Shown in pieces: positions 1-12,848 of a stretch of 64,000 bases of DNA. The position numbers were made by a program, and so were the translations under genes. Source of the DNA: Heptranchias perlo (lineage: Eukaryota); assembly GCF_035084215.1 (NCBI RefSeq), contig NC_090348.1:41106001-41170000 (forward strand), in the 5' to 3' direction. The first letter of the stretch is position 1. Every line of letters starts with the position of its first letter. The notes beneath the pieces are model-generated. The model worked only from the letters and a program-made list of their open reading frames with translations. It had not been told where the DNA came from and did not search any database.

Positions 1-2269
1 TTGAAGTATTAGCGTATGGTTCAGATCTACGTTCAATAATTGTATTGGAAGGAGAAGACAGGCTTTGAAAATAAAAAAACCACGGTGAAAGACCAAGACC
101 TTGAGTATTGGACACAGAGCCTGATGAACGGTACAAGACAACTGGATAAATTAATTAGTCGGGATTAGGTGATGTCAGGTGCTGTTTTTAAAAAGTTTGC
201 ACATTGCAGGAGATAAAAATTGATCAGGATACGGAGTTGGGAGGCCCTGGGAAGGAATGGCGCACAGGCAAATAGCTGGCCCGGAAGGAATTACAAAAGT
301 TCCACCAAACCCACAAGAGGAACTTGAACAGTGTACGAACACTGGCAGAACTAAAAGACTGAATCTCAACCTTTGCTCCGTCACCGCACATGTAAAATTA
401 CTATCTGTGGAACTCAAGAAAAATATGATCTTCAAGCCTTTCCATGTATTTAATATGCTCATCTGACCTCAGCAAATGTACAACTAACTAAATACAATAA
501 AGATCTTGTTCAGTTTCCAGATTTAATTAGAATTCCCCAAGCATGCCAGCTTCACCATACACAAGCCAGGCACTAATTACACGTGTCCATAGCAACCCTT
601 AGCAACAAACATGGAAAACCTTACATAAAATAGTCATTAAAATGTTGGCTCCACACACTGTACATAGCGTGCTGGATTATAAAAAGCAACAAGCTTTTAA
701 AAAAAAAATCCACCACACAAACAAGCAAAGTCGATATTCACAATCCTTGCACCAAATTAAAACTGCTTGCATTAAAACTTATTTTATGAGCTGGTTTTGG
801 AATGGTGAGGCAGGTCCTCACAGGTTTTTCTCCTCGCTCTTCCTGTCCCTTCCCCATCCCCTTCCCCTCAAAAAAAAAAGGCTCAGTTCCAAATCTCTGC
901 TTTTCCCAGCAGGAAAATGTATTACGTCAAGGACAGGAATTTTTCCACTCGGGAGAGGATTAACAAGCATATCATCTCTCTGCACCGCTTACCTCCCTCC
1001 TTCCCCGCCCTCACACTCTCAGCAGAATGTTTAAGAGGTTTGGCAGAGGTCTGGGAACTGGTCACCTGTCGGTGTGGAATTGGGTCCTCAACTGGGGAAC
1101 AGCACACGACAGAGGAGTCAGACACAGACAACTGTTCCATAAACCTAAACTATCATGTCCAATGCATTGCTGAAAAAATTAATTGATTTTAACTGATTAA
1201 ACTGGCTGAGCGCAAACCCATATTGACCATGAGGAGTTAAGAATTTAGATTAGAGATTCAAAGAGGGAACCCAGCAAAAGGCTCTACATCACCACTATCT
1301 GGAGGGTGATTTTTTTTTTTTTTTAAGGACAACTCCCCCATCCGACCTACACTTAGTTAAAAATCAGAGTGTTTGGTTTTTAATGCATAATTTTTTTTTT
1401 TTAAAAAGTGTGCTACAACAAACTGGGCCACTTTCTCCAGGCTTCTGAAGTTGCGTGCTAAAGCAGATGTTCCTTTAGTTTTGTCTCCCAGATCTGCTGC
1501 AGTTTCACTCGAAACGTAAGCAGGAAGGAATGTTGGCTGGTTGGAAGCACCATGCTTTAAGACCATAGCATCACTTGCTCAATAGCCAAGTTAACAGCCA
1601 GGCACCATACGACAAGGAAGAAATAAACCTCGTCACCTTTGGGTCTGTGATCCCCAATTCCCCCGATACACCGAAAATCACCGACAATGCAACTTTAGTT
1701 CATTCTAACTACACCGTTCATATTTACATCATTGCTTGGATTGGTCCTGTGAAATCCAAAGTTCTGAATTTTTTTTCTAAAAGTACAAAGAAGCTTTGTA
1801 GAACGTTTGTAGAGAAAGATGCTACCTAAAAATTACTTAATGGACAATTTTGCCTCGACCTAATCAAGCAAATAAAGGAATGCTGCACTGCTGGAAGCTT
1901 CCAGTAGATTGGAGATCTTAATATCTCAACAATAAAATGAACCATCGCTCTTAACAATTAACTTAAGATATGCATTATTGGATTTTACATTTATTAAACT
2001 TTCCATTTATAAAGATACAGCTTTAAATCAGATTTGATGTTAATTCCCCTTTTATTATGAAAACTGCTTAAATACATGGTCTTTCATTTAATAATTTTAT
2101 CCAATTAGGAACTGAATTGGAAGTTGAAGGATGCAGGGGAGCTTTCGTTCTCAGAGGCGGGTCTGATTTTGAAGTTGCTCCATTGGGGAAACAATTCACC
2201 CTAGATAAGGACTTAAGGAGCCTCGACACCCAGCGTGCTGTTCGTTGACAATCAGAAACAGGCTTTACC

Positions 2270-2950
2270 TGTAAATTTCGACAGCTCTCGCTCCAGGCCT
2301 GTATCCACATAGTGAACAGAAGTCACCCCAAAATTGAACTTGTGAGACACCAGTACTCACCTCCAACCACCCTGAAAAACTGCCCTTAACTCCTATTCTC
2401 TGTTTTCTCCATTCTGACCAATTTTTAATCCAGTTTTCCATCCTCTCCCTAACTCCATATGGTACCTTGTCAAAGGCTTTCCTAAAGCCCATGTACACTA
2501 CATTTTCCCTCCCCCCGTGTGCCGTATATGTTACCTCATCAAAAAAGTGGTTTGTCCAACACAATCATCCCTTTTGAAATCTGTGGCTACTTATTATTAT
2601 TTTATCTATCCAGATACTTGGTCATTTTATCCTAATTAAGACTTCACAATGTTCCCTAACTGGCTTGTAATTACCAAGACTACTTCTATCTTCCTTGTTA
2701 AAAATGGATAGTACATAGCCCACTCTCCAGTTTTCCGACACACATCCACACTCAATAGAGCCCAGAAATCATCTCCTGCAGGATTCTAGGATGCATCCTG
2801 TCAGATCCTGGTGCTTTGTCTTTCTCCAGCGTAACTTATCTAAAATGTTCCTTTAACTACCATAATACCACTCCACTTGCTCTCAACCACTTCAGGATTC
2901 AACTCCTCTTTGATATCTTTCCCTTCAGTAATGACTATCCTTCTCTTTAA
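2270..2950 (-). mobile_element. Degraded CR1 LINE RT fragment
   Basis: ORF 2265..2564 contains VVYMGFRKAFDKVPY, WIKNWSEWRKQRIGVKGSFSGW and GVSQ, decayed versions of the motifs in the intact RT at 23005. Boundaries approximate. Confidence 0.75.
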
Positions 2951-4086
2951 CATGTTCGATGGAGTGCTTCAGTGATTTTCCACCATCTCTGCGTGGGGAC
3001 GGATCACCTACAATTATTGGTGATCGCATTTTCCCCCAACTTCCAACATATTCTCAGCTACCTGAAGAAAAAACAGCGCCATCGTTTTACACAACTTCTT
3101 GCATTTAAATACAAATTAATACATCACACACGTCTGTGCAGAAACCACACACAAATCACATTACAGAAAGTCTGCTATTTTGTCCTAAACAGTAACTAAC
3201 TTATTTCCTACTTCTAAATTATGGTATTTATATAGAGTTGCACCCACCTCAATGACACCTGTGAAGCTTCTCTGGTCTGCATCCTGTGAACTTGCATTTA
3301 AACCTACAAGAAAAAGAAATGCATTTTAAAAAAAGGAAAAACAAAGGGGCACTGACTGCTCAAGAATGAGTAACTGCACTTGCTACAAGCTCCCCAGGAT
3401 CGAAGAGGAGATGCCCTGCGCCTGCCTTGGGGATGTAAAGTGTTCATATAAACTTGCAAATGTGAACTCGTGAAAATGCGCAACTTTCACAAGCTGCAAT
3501 TCATGTTGCAACTTAAAGTTTTTTTTTAAGAATTTCATTTTTCCACGCGACAGCTCAACATTTCTTCACAATTTAGGCACAGTGGAACTACAACAGGGTG
3601 AGCACCTAGAGCACAGGTTTGCAAAGTGGGGCTCCCCAAACCCTTGGGGATCTGCAAGTTCATGAGATTCCTGTATTTTGATGATTTACTAGGATGTTAT
3701 TTCCGTTGCTGTATACACCGATAAACGTTTCCTACAACAACGAGCACTGTTTTCCTTTCGATAGTTGACACCACCTTTCAGAAGTTAAGACATGTGTTAG
3801 AATTCAAATTTCAAATTGGATAACTGATCTTGGATCCAACACAAAAAAAAAGTCAGCTCCCATTGGCAAACCCTCAGCTCTTATAAACTGAAATGAGCCC
3901 TTGGGCCCAACATTATCTAGGATAGTGTAAAATGAGTGAACAGACCCATTTATTGTCTCTAGATTATATGTAGAATTTTCACTACATGCACACTTCAGAA
4001 GACGATTAATATCAATCAACCCTGACACATGTAACTGACTAAATGACATTTGTTCAGAGATGGTCATTCACAGAAGCAAGCAGTAA

Positions 4087-5678
4087 CCTTGTCCGTGAGA
4101 CCCACCTCCTGCTCCTTCGACCCTGTTTCCACAAAACTGCTGACCATCCAACTTCCCTTCCTGGTTCCTATGTTGGCTGATATTGTTAACGGTTCCCTCT
4201 CCTCGGGTATTGTCCCCCTCCCCTTCAAATCTGCAGTCATCATCGCCTTCCTCCAAAAACCCATCCTTGACCCCTCCGTCCTTGCAAACTACCGCCCCAT
4301 TTCCAACCTCCCTTTCCTCTCCGAAGTCCTTGAATGTGTTGTCGCCTCCCAAATCTGCGCCCATCTTTCCCAGCAACTCCACGTTTGAACCCTTCCAATC
4401 AGGTTTCCGTCCCTGCCACAGCAACAGCCCTTATCACAGTCAATCAATGACATCCTATGTGACTGACTGTGGTAAACCATCTCTCCTCATCCTACTCAAC
4501 CAGTCTGCAGACTTTGACACGTTTGACTACACCATCCTCCCCCAACGCCTCTCCTCCGTCGTCCAGCTGAGTGGGACTGCCCTCACCTGGTTCTATTCCT
4601 AATCTATCCAGTCAAAGCCAGAGAATCACCTGCAACGGTTTCTCTTCCCACTCCCGCACCGTTACCCCGCTCCTATTTTTCGCCTACATGCTGCCCCTCG
4701 GCGACATCTTCCAAAAACACAATGTCAGGTTTCACACGTACGCTGAAGACATCCAGCTCTACCTCACCATCATATCTCTCGATCCCTCTACGGCCTCTGA
4801 TTTGTCACGCTGTTTGTCAGACATCCAGTACTGGATGAATAGAAATGTCCTCCAAACAAATATTGGGAAGACCGAAGCCAGTGTCTTCGGGCCCCACCAC
4901 AAACTCCATTCCCTAGCCACTGACTCCATCCCTCTCCCTGGCTACTGTCTTAGGCCAAACCAGACCGTTGGCAGCCTTGGCATCCCATGTGACCCCGAGA
5001 TGAGCTTCCGACCCCATTTCCGCTCCATCACCAAGACCGCCTACTTCCATCTCCGTAACATCGCGCATCTCTGCCCCTGAAACCCTCATCCATGCCATTG
5101 TTATCTCCAGACTGGACTATTCCAATACTCTCCTCGCTGACCTCCCAACTTCCACCCTCCATAAACTTGAGCTCATCCAAAACTCTGCTGCCTGTATCCT
5201 AACTTGCACCAAGTCCCATTCTCCCATCACCCCTGCGCTCACTGACCTACATTGACTCCTGGTCCGGCAACACCTAGATTTTAAAATTCTCATCCTTCTT
5301 TTCAAATCCCTCCACTGCCTCGCCCCTCCCAATCTCTGTAACCTTCACCAGCCCTACAACCCTCCGAGATCTCTGCGCTCCTCCAATTCTGACCTCTTGC
5401 ACATCCCTGATTTTAATCGCTCCACCATTGGCGGCCGTGCCTTCAGCTGCCTAGCCCCAAGCTCCTGAATTCCCTCACTAAACCTAGCCGTCTCTCCACC
5501 TCTCGCTCCTTCTTTAAAGACGCTGCTTAAAACCTACCTCTTTGACCAAGCTTTTGGTCACCTATCCTAATATCTCCTTATGTGGCTCGGTGTCAAATTT
5601 GGTTCGATCACACTCCTGCGAAGCGCCTTGGGATGTTTAACTATGTTAAAGGTGCTATATAAATGCAGGCTGTTGTTT
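4087..5678 (+). mobile_element. L2 LINE, 5'-truncated, frameshifted ORF2 RT plus 3' UTR
   Basis: Consecutive frames give NYRPISNLPFLSEVLE, FQSGFRPCHS, LNQSADFDTFD, FHTYAEDIQLY and TKTAYFHLRNIA. It ends in the L2-type tail AAAGGTGCTATATAAATGCAGGCTGTTGTT. Confidence 0.9.
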
Positions 5679-8479
5679 AAGTTAGTTAAAATAACACAAC
5701 AGCTTCGAACCAGTGCGTGACTGATCTCTCAGTTTACATCCTATCAATATAACTGCATGTGGCTTTGAGCTCCCAAACTAACTGGTGCATGCAAAATGAC
5801 TAATTTTTATGCCCATAAAACCTTTAAAAACAAGCAAGTCTTGTCTTTGAGAAGTCAGTCTGCAAGACAAAGTACTTCACTCAAACAATGGACAGTAAAC
5901 TCTTCAATAGACAATATCATGCTGATGGCCACCTGTGGTGTGTGACAAATGCTATCTATGCTAGGGCTACTGGGATAGGATCATTTTATAGTCTGGTAGT
6001 ACACAATAATTGTTTCTAGCACTTGCGTGACTCATTTCCTCAGACGAATACGTCTATTAGTAATGAACTATTTACTTCATGAGGAACTAAAAGAATAAAT
6101 CCATTCTCCCATCTTGCAATTGGAGAAGCCATTTTGAGGGTAATATTTTTCTTAAACAATCCCATTTTTAAGTCAAGAAACAAAGCACAAAGAACCTATA
6201 ATAAACTATGGATAGAATTATGTAATTTCAGCAGTCACCCAAAGTTTGTCTAATTACAGAAAATCAGTTCAAAGACCAAAGCCACGGAAGAGCTGACGAA
6301 AAAGAACATGGCAGTGAAGGCGGCAAATGTTTCTAAATTTTCATGATATTCGGACTGAATTGGACATTGTGCATTCAAGAAAAGTGCCTGATGTCTGGTA
6401 GATACTTCTGCAGGACAGGGCTTGATAATCACTGTGTGGTGGAAGTAACCCTCTTTCTACCATTTGGTAATGAAGCATCCAGGAGCAACGACTCACCGTC
6501 CACCTTTCCTTCCTTGGCCAAACCTAATTTACAGAGAATTTAACCTCAGCCAAAAAACTAAGACTGACAGAGATAATGTCACAATTTACTTTGTCATTGT
6601 TTAGAATGGGGGGGGGGGGGGGGAGGAAGTGAGTTATTAACTGTAGAAAGGTGGAAATTTACATAAAATACCAAAAAAAAAACAGGCTGAACCCAAAAAA
6701 AAATCTTCTAAAAAATGCAAATCATTTCTTTAGAATGACGTCCAATCCCAAAGCAACGAAATGCAAATCATTTCTCCTCTTATAGAGCATTTTGATAACT
6801 GATATAACACAAAAGAGTGACACTGATTAATCTCTTGTGTATAGCATTGGATAAGCTCTCGTGCTCCATCTACTGCGCATTTTTGGGATACCTTTCCACC
6901 CAGGAATCAGTAAGGTGATACAATGTTGTGTGCAAGCGCAGCCCTGGGTTTATGAGGACCCCTACTGGATCAGAGAAACTGCATGGATTGGAGAACAGCC
7001 CAGTTTTATTACGTGCAATGTGCCACAGATCCATTTCATTCGTACATGGACAATTTGACGGAGGGCACCCTACAGTCTATATTACAACTAAAAATATAGT
7101 ACTAATGCAAAAGATGCTCAATTTGTGAAATAAAAACTTTTTGGAAGTTAGTAACCAGTGGCACAAAGTCTCCTTGGTTCAAATCCAATACAAACATACA
7201 ACAAAAAGTGACAATAGTAAAATACCAATTGTTTTAAAGCACTGGGACTCAATTCTAAATGAAAAGTTAAAATACTTGGAAGAGCAGTGCAATACCAATA
7301 GTACAGAACTGCATTCCTATTTAGAGGGTCTGGAATCAATCCCAGGTCTGACTGATGGTGCAAGTTCACTCCCCTCAATGTGAGCATTACATCCCCTGAA
7401 CTGCAGTGCTGGATGATGTACTTGGCAGGTACAGTGCACCATTAGCCTTGAAGCTACCACCTCCATTTAAATTCATATTTTTTACTTGTGCGTGCACTAG
7501 CTTGCACTTGACACCAGGAGTTTAATGGCAAGATAGGTGCTGCATTTAACAAAGGTAACTGCAGACCTCAAACTGGACATACAACACAGCACAGCGCAAA
7601 AATAATTCACAAAATAAGTATTAGGATGCTTCAGCCCATTCAATTTTACACTTTAATAATAACTCGAGTCAACAGGAGCTCACTCATGGACATCAATCCC
7701 AATTAGCAAATCCAATGGTTAAAATAGGCAGGATCGATTAACTATACATTGGACGAAGACTGAAATGAATTGCCTTGACCAAATCTGAACAAGTTTGCCC
7801 AACACCCACATAGTCACATTGCAATCAACTTATACAATGAGCTCATAAAATGTGTATAAAAGTAAACTTGATAAAAATAATACAATATAAATGAAGGCTG
7901 AACCAAAGTGCTCTTTATCTTTGCCACGTAATCCAAGAAATAGCAATGATCCGTTACTCCATGTTTACAGGAAGTACTGAGTTTTCACTAAGCCTATCAA
8001 ATGTGAGCCCACACCTGTCTCCAAGGTCACCCTGGCACACAGTTCAAGACAGCGACAGCCAAATAAAAAAAAATTCCCTTTATTCTTGAGCGAACATTCT
8101 TACATTTTCTTTGAAGTAGTATTTAGCGTAGAATGGTGGAACCTGGTTTGCTGTCCCATATGACTGAATTCTAGAACACAGCTGCCTCCCTTCTCGGGGG
8201 GGGGGTTGAGGACAGACCAGGCATTTTTCTGACAAGGAACCAACCAAGCAACAATCCCGATGTTTGCAGGTGCCACTCGGGAAGTAAGAATGGCACTGGC
8301 AAGTCTTCATAGTGGGGAAACTATCCTCTGCCTGCAGTTTATGAATAGCACAAAAGCTGCAGAATGGGTATAGAGGGAGTAATGGAAGGAATCTAAAAAT
8401 ACAAAATGCATCACTACAATTCAGCAACACTTAAGAGGTGGTCTCTACATTTTTTTCAGTGGGGAATTCTAATTGGTTG

Positions 8480-8710
8480 CAGTACCCTAAGGGGAAAAGG
8501 CGGAGAAAGGAGGCAGGCTGTGTGTTCCTAATTACTATCCAGTAACTTTGTTGGTTAAGTGCAGGTGTGCGACCTCAGGTGAGGATAAGAACAAAATTGG
8601 AGTGAAGAGTAATGCCCTCCATGGTTAATTAGCCCAATACAACGTCTCAGTTCGCACACAGAAAACTGAACCATATACCAGCATGAGTCAGCACTTTCAG
8701 GAGAGGAGAA
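8480..8710 (+). mobile_element. 3' part of a degraded tRNA-type SINE (family of 48700-49072)
   Basis: CCAGCATGAGTCAGCACTTTCAGGAGAGGAG resembles the reverse complement of the end of the 48700-49072 copy. Confidence 0.45.
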
Positions 8711-11527
8711 AAACTGCTGAGAAAAATTACATTTACAGAAGAACATTCAGGTCAAGTTCTGAAAACAACCGTTGTACGTGCAAGTATTCCTTGTGAAAGT
8801 GACCAATTACGGACAGCCCCTCACATAACCCTTTGAAAGATAGAATGCAGGATCCATATGGCCAGTCAGGCCAGGCTGATTCACTACTAGAACTAGATAG
8901 GATAGGCAATAGTTTGGGGATTTGTTAATAAAAATTAATTCCTTGTGCTGTTTGCTTTACCCACTGGCAAATTGAGGTTTCAAAAAAAAATTAACACCAT
9001 CCTTCCATAACATCACGAGAAAATTAAATGGAACACGTGTTATGCAGCAGTTAAAAGAATGAGGTAAGATCAACTTGATCAATAGAAAAACCATTAATGA
9101 AACCACTGATTCTGGAATTAACTTGCATTGAACTATCCTACCCTCTAACTGGCACAATCATTCCTATAGGTTTAAACAATAGCATTAAAAGTGTGCTTCA
9201 TTTTGGACGAACTTTGTAGAGTTTTTTTTTAAGAACATGATCAGCCCTGCACCATCAGGCTGCAGAGAGAAATTGAGCTTTATATGCCAGATGATGAAAT
9301 TTTAGTAAGTACATTTAACAGGTCTAACACACATTAAGACTTAGCCAAGTAATTAATAAGCATATCTCTGGTATACAAGCTTACTCATGCGTTGTAACTA
9401 CAAGAGTTCTTTTTGCTTTGGTTTTTCTCCTTGGACTTCCTCCCATAGTTCCTGACGCTCAGGACAGGTGATCAGTGCTGCTCTTAGCCCGTTACCAAAA
9501 ACATGTGGCCATTGCTGCCTTTAGCCAGTTGCCAGGAAGCATGCTACATGAGCCAGATGGACGCTCTCCTGCCCAACATCACTCGCCTACCCACCACACA
9601 GAGACAGCCGCCTAGCAGCTAAGACATGACAGAATGGAGGGATGCAGGCTCACAGTGCACTGAAGCCCTATGTCAACACATCAGGTTTTCAACAGAGCTG
9701 TCTGCATTTTAATGTATTGCTCAAAACAAACCAGAAAAGATGCAGGAGGCAATTCAGTGACACCGCTGACTGGAGTATTTATAAGCACTTGCGTTCTCTT
9801 CCCAAGGCACCACTGCCTTGATCAAAGTACAAATGGTCAGTCAACAACAAAAGTAGCTGGAACACCACCAGGAGAAACTGAAGTTGGTGAAAGGCGGTTG
9901 GGCTCAAAATGATGGAAAGTCTCTGCATTGGCTCCTGTAACGCCACGATGAGAAAAAACAAAGTTTACCCTCCGCCGGTGCAAGTATTGCATTACTCTGA
10001 AGTTATTTTTCTTGTATATGTAACGGCACCATGTTGCTATTCCTTCACCCAACAAGCATGTCAATCACACCATCCATCACTTGCTTGCACTTAATGAAGC
10101 TGAGCTGCTTTCATTGGTCCCAGGCTAAGCAATATACTTTAAATCATGCATTTTTTTTTAAAACAAGAGTTTACCACCACAAAATGTTGATCTAGTGATG
10201 CTGCTCACGATTAATACAAATCTATTTCTCTTTTTCAAGTGATCACCTTGATATATCTTTGATATTACACGTGTCAGCTTCTGGCAGCTGCGCTCTCCTG
10301 CTTTTCTAATGACGCAGGTACAAATTTATTTTAAAAATCATCTTGATTTAATGCCAGGCTCATGCTTCAGATCTGCTATTTTGCATTAGGTTTTCTGGCT
10401 GCTGGCATTTCCAACCCAGGCTATTTATCTTACTTACTACTTCAATACACTCCCACCTTTATCCTTGAGATTATGATGTAAATGAAAACCTGTTAGCAGC
10501 TGTTGGATTATCCTGTTCTCAGCTTTTTGACAGCCATTTTGCCATAGTCCCAACTGCAAAATTATACAACTGCTCCCTTGTATTTAAGCTTGTTGACATG
10601 TGCACCTGAAGACAGACTCCCTAAGCTGGCAACACAACATTTATGGTGTAATGGCCAAAAAGAAAGTTTTGAAGTAGGTCAGTCAGAAAAACATACGTGC
10701 TCTGCCTTTAAGCAGAATTTGAACGTCAACCCCTTGATATGCTCGGCCTTTGTTGAAACTTTGCCACTCCTACCAACACCATACATGCTAGGCATTTAAT
10801 GAAATGTTGCCATCCCAGTTTGTACGGAATAATTGGTGTTAAAAAAACTCAAATGACGTCATAGTAAAACATTAAAGAAAAAAAAATCCATACAATGCAG
10901 AACAACTCTCAACACCTGAAGTAAAAAAAAAGGTTTACATCCAGATGGCAAACCTGAATTAAAAATATTCTCACAAAAAGGGACATATGGCAATTTTCAA
11001 ACTTTTAGGGGGTGGGGGTGGGAGTAATGACCCTCTGCAAGTATTAGCACATTCCAGAGGACCCCCACCTTAACTTCTAGAAGACCGTCAATTTGGAAAC
11101 CAACAGGATACATGCAACGCATGGACCTGTCCTCTCAGGTGCTGACGAACCTGCTACATGTGCTCCTTTTGCTTCACATTTCAACATTTGCAGTTTTTTT
11201 TCTTATTATCTCGCGTTGATGCAAAATGCATTTTGATTAACGAAGTTTCGTTCATGCAACGAGCATCTTATTATTACTTCTCGACATTCATCCAAGTTAC
11301 AGATGGTGCTGTGGTGGGCAAGGGGCCAAAGCACCGTGAAACCAATAGAGCTTTGAGTCACCACAGAAAAACCAACCATCAACAGTTGGTCAATAGACAA
11401 TGGCTGCGCGATCCACGCGGCCACCAATATAGTTTGTGCATTGGTCTATGGAGGCACTCCCATCAACACTGCCGACTCAGACTCTGTCCTATGTTTGTGT
11501 CATGGATGAATATAGTTGTTGCATGAA

Positions 11528-11682
11528 TTAAATGCAAGGTACAGCCCACAGGGAGGGGGGGAATAAAAACACAAAACCAAAACATATGGATGGCGATCCA
11601 GCGCAAGAATGGATCGCCATCCATATGTTTTGGTTTTGTGTTTTTATTCCCCCCCTCCCTGTGGGCTGTACCTTGCATTTAA
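11528..11682. repeat. Perfect palindrome: 73-bp arms and 9-nt loop, starting and ending in TTAA
   Basis: 11528-11600 is the exact reverse complement of 11610-11682, checked base by base including the G7/C7 run. The loop is GCGCAAGAA. Complementarity stops outside the TTAA. Confidence 0.98.
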
Positions 11683-12304
11683 CAGACCTCCTAAATGGGA
11701 AGTTCATGTGTATCGTTGGTTTAGACTTGATAACAGCCTGCCTGGGTTCTTAGCTGAGGAAAGGGCCAGGCAGGTTTTCAGGGCTTCCAAGACTAAATTA
11801 GAGGAACAGAGTTTTCTGGAGCTTCAGGGTTTCTCAGCTGCGAGCACTCTCCACTATGGACAGGTCAGGTTGGCATTTGGAAACAGGGAAATTTGCTGGG
11901 AGCCAAACCTCAGTAACAAAACCACATTAGCACAGATCAGCCTCCAAAAACAAGATGAACAAATCACAAAACTAACTTTCCTGGCATTAGTTAAGAACTT
12001 AATAAAAAAACAATAATCACAGTCATTTTAAAAAAGCAGCTCATTCTTCAAACAAACTGACTACTCCTCTTAATTAGAAGTTACTTAATTCAAATTACGG
12101 GATAATCCGTTTGTGTTTTTAGCATAATAATAATTTTGAATTAACTTGAGTTGACTATACTGAGTTACAAAGGGTTTTGTCAGTCAGGTGAAAAGCAATT
12201 GCTTGAGTCAATTACACCACATAAATGCAGCCGCGTTGAACACTGCACTTATAAAAATTTATCTGTTCCAACGCTCCCACAGACAGTGAAGAGAAAATCC
12301 TCGA

Positions 12305-12495
12305 GTACTGAAAGTCTGAAATAAATAAAAGAAAATAAGCTGGAAATGAACAGTCGGTCTGCCGGCATCTCAAAAGGGTAAGAGACTGGTTAATGCTTCA
12401 ACAAAAAAGGTTTTCACCCAAAACATCAACCAGCCTTTTCTCCTTCAGGTGCTATTTAATCTGCTGTGCATTTTCCAGCATGTTCTGTTCTTATT
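12305..12495. mobile_element. Degenerate fold-back repeat, probably Penelope-like-element derived
   Basis: GCTGGAAATG...GCATCT on the left mirrors AGGTGC...TTTCCAGCA on the right. The same motifs occur at 22035, 43805, 51950 and 59695. Confidence 0.55.
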
Positions 12496-12654
12496 TGGAA
12501 GACATAAAATCCTTTAATATATGCAATTGAAACGCAGAGAATTTAAAATGATCATGTCGATGCTACAACACAACCCATGATTGCTAAGTCCTAATTTTAC
12601 CAGCTCCTATTCTTCAAAATACCCATCCACAATTCTTCTAACTTCTACACAACT

Positions 12655-12848
12655 TCATAGTATCATAGTATGGTACAGCACGGGGGGTGGCCATTCGGCC
12701 CATCGTGCCTGTGCCGGCTCTTTGAAAGAGCTATCCAATTAGTCCCATTCCCCTGTTCTTTCCCCATAGCCCTGTAAATCTTTCCCCTTCAAGTATTTAT
12801 CCAATTCCCTTTTGAAAGTTACTCCTGAATCTGCCTCCACTACCCTTA
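12655..12848 (-). mobile_element. CR1 3' end fragment
   Basis: Tail repeat TCATAGTATCATAGTA and stem-loop GGCCATTCGGCCC; sequence closely similar to 62558-62750. Confidence 0.85.

Noticed and set aside
3612-3660. hAT/Charlie-like terminus CAGGTTTGCAAAGTGGGGCTCCCC
   Set aside because: No partner TIR or 8-bp TSD found; too short to call.
11463-11753. Twin ORFs starting MQGTAHREGGNKNTKPKHMDGDP on both strands
   Set aside because: They are a by-product of the palindrome; there is no evidence of coding function.
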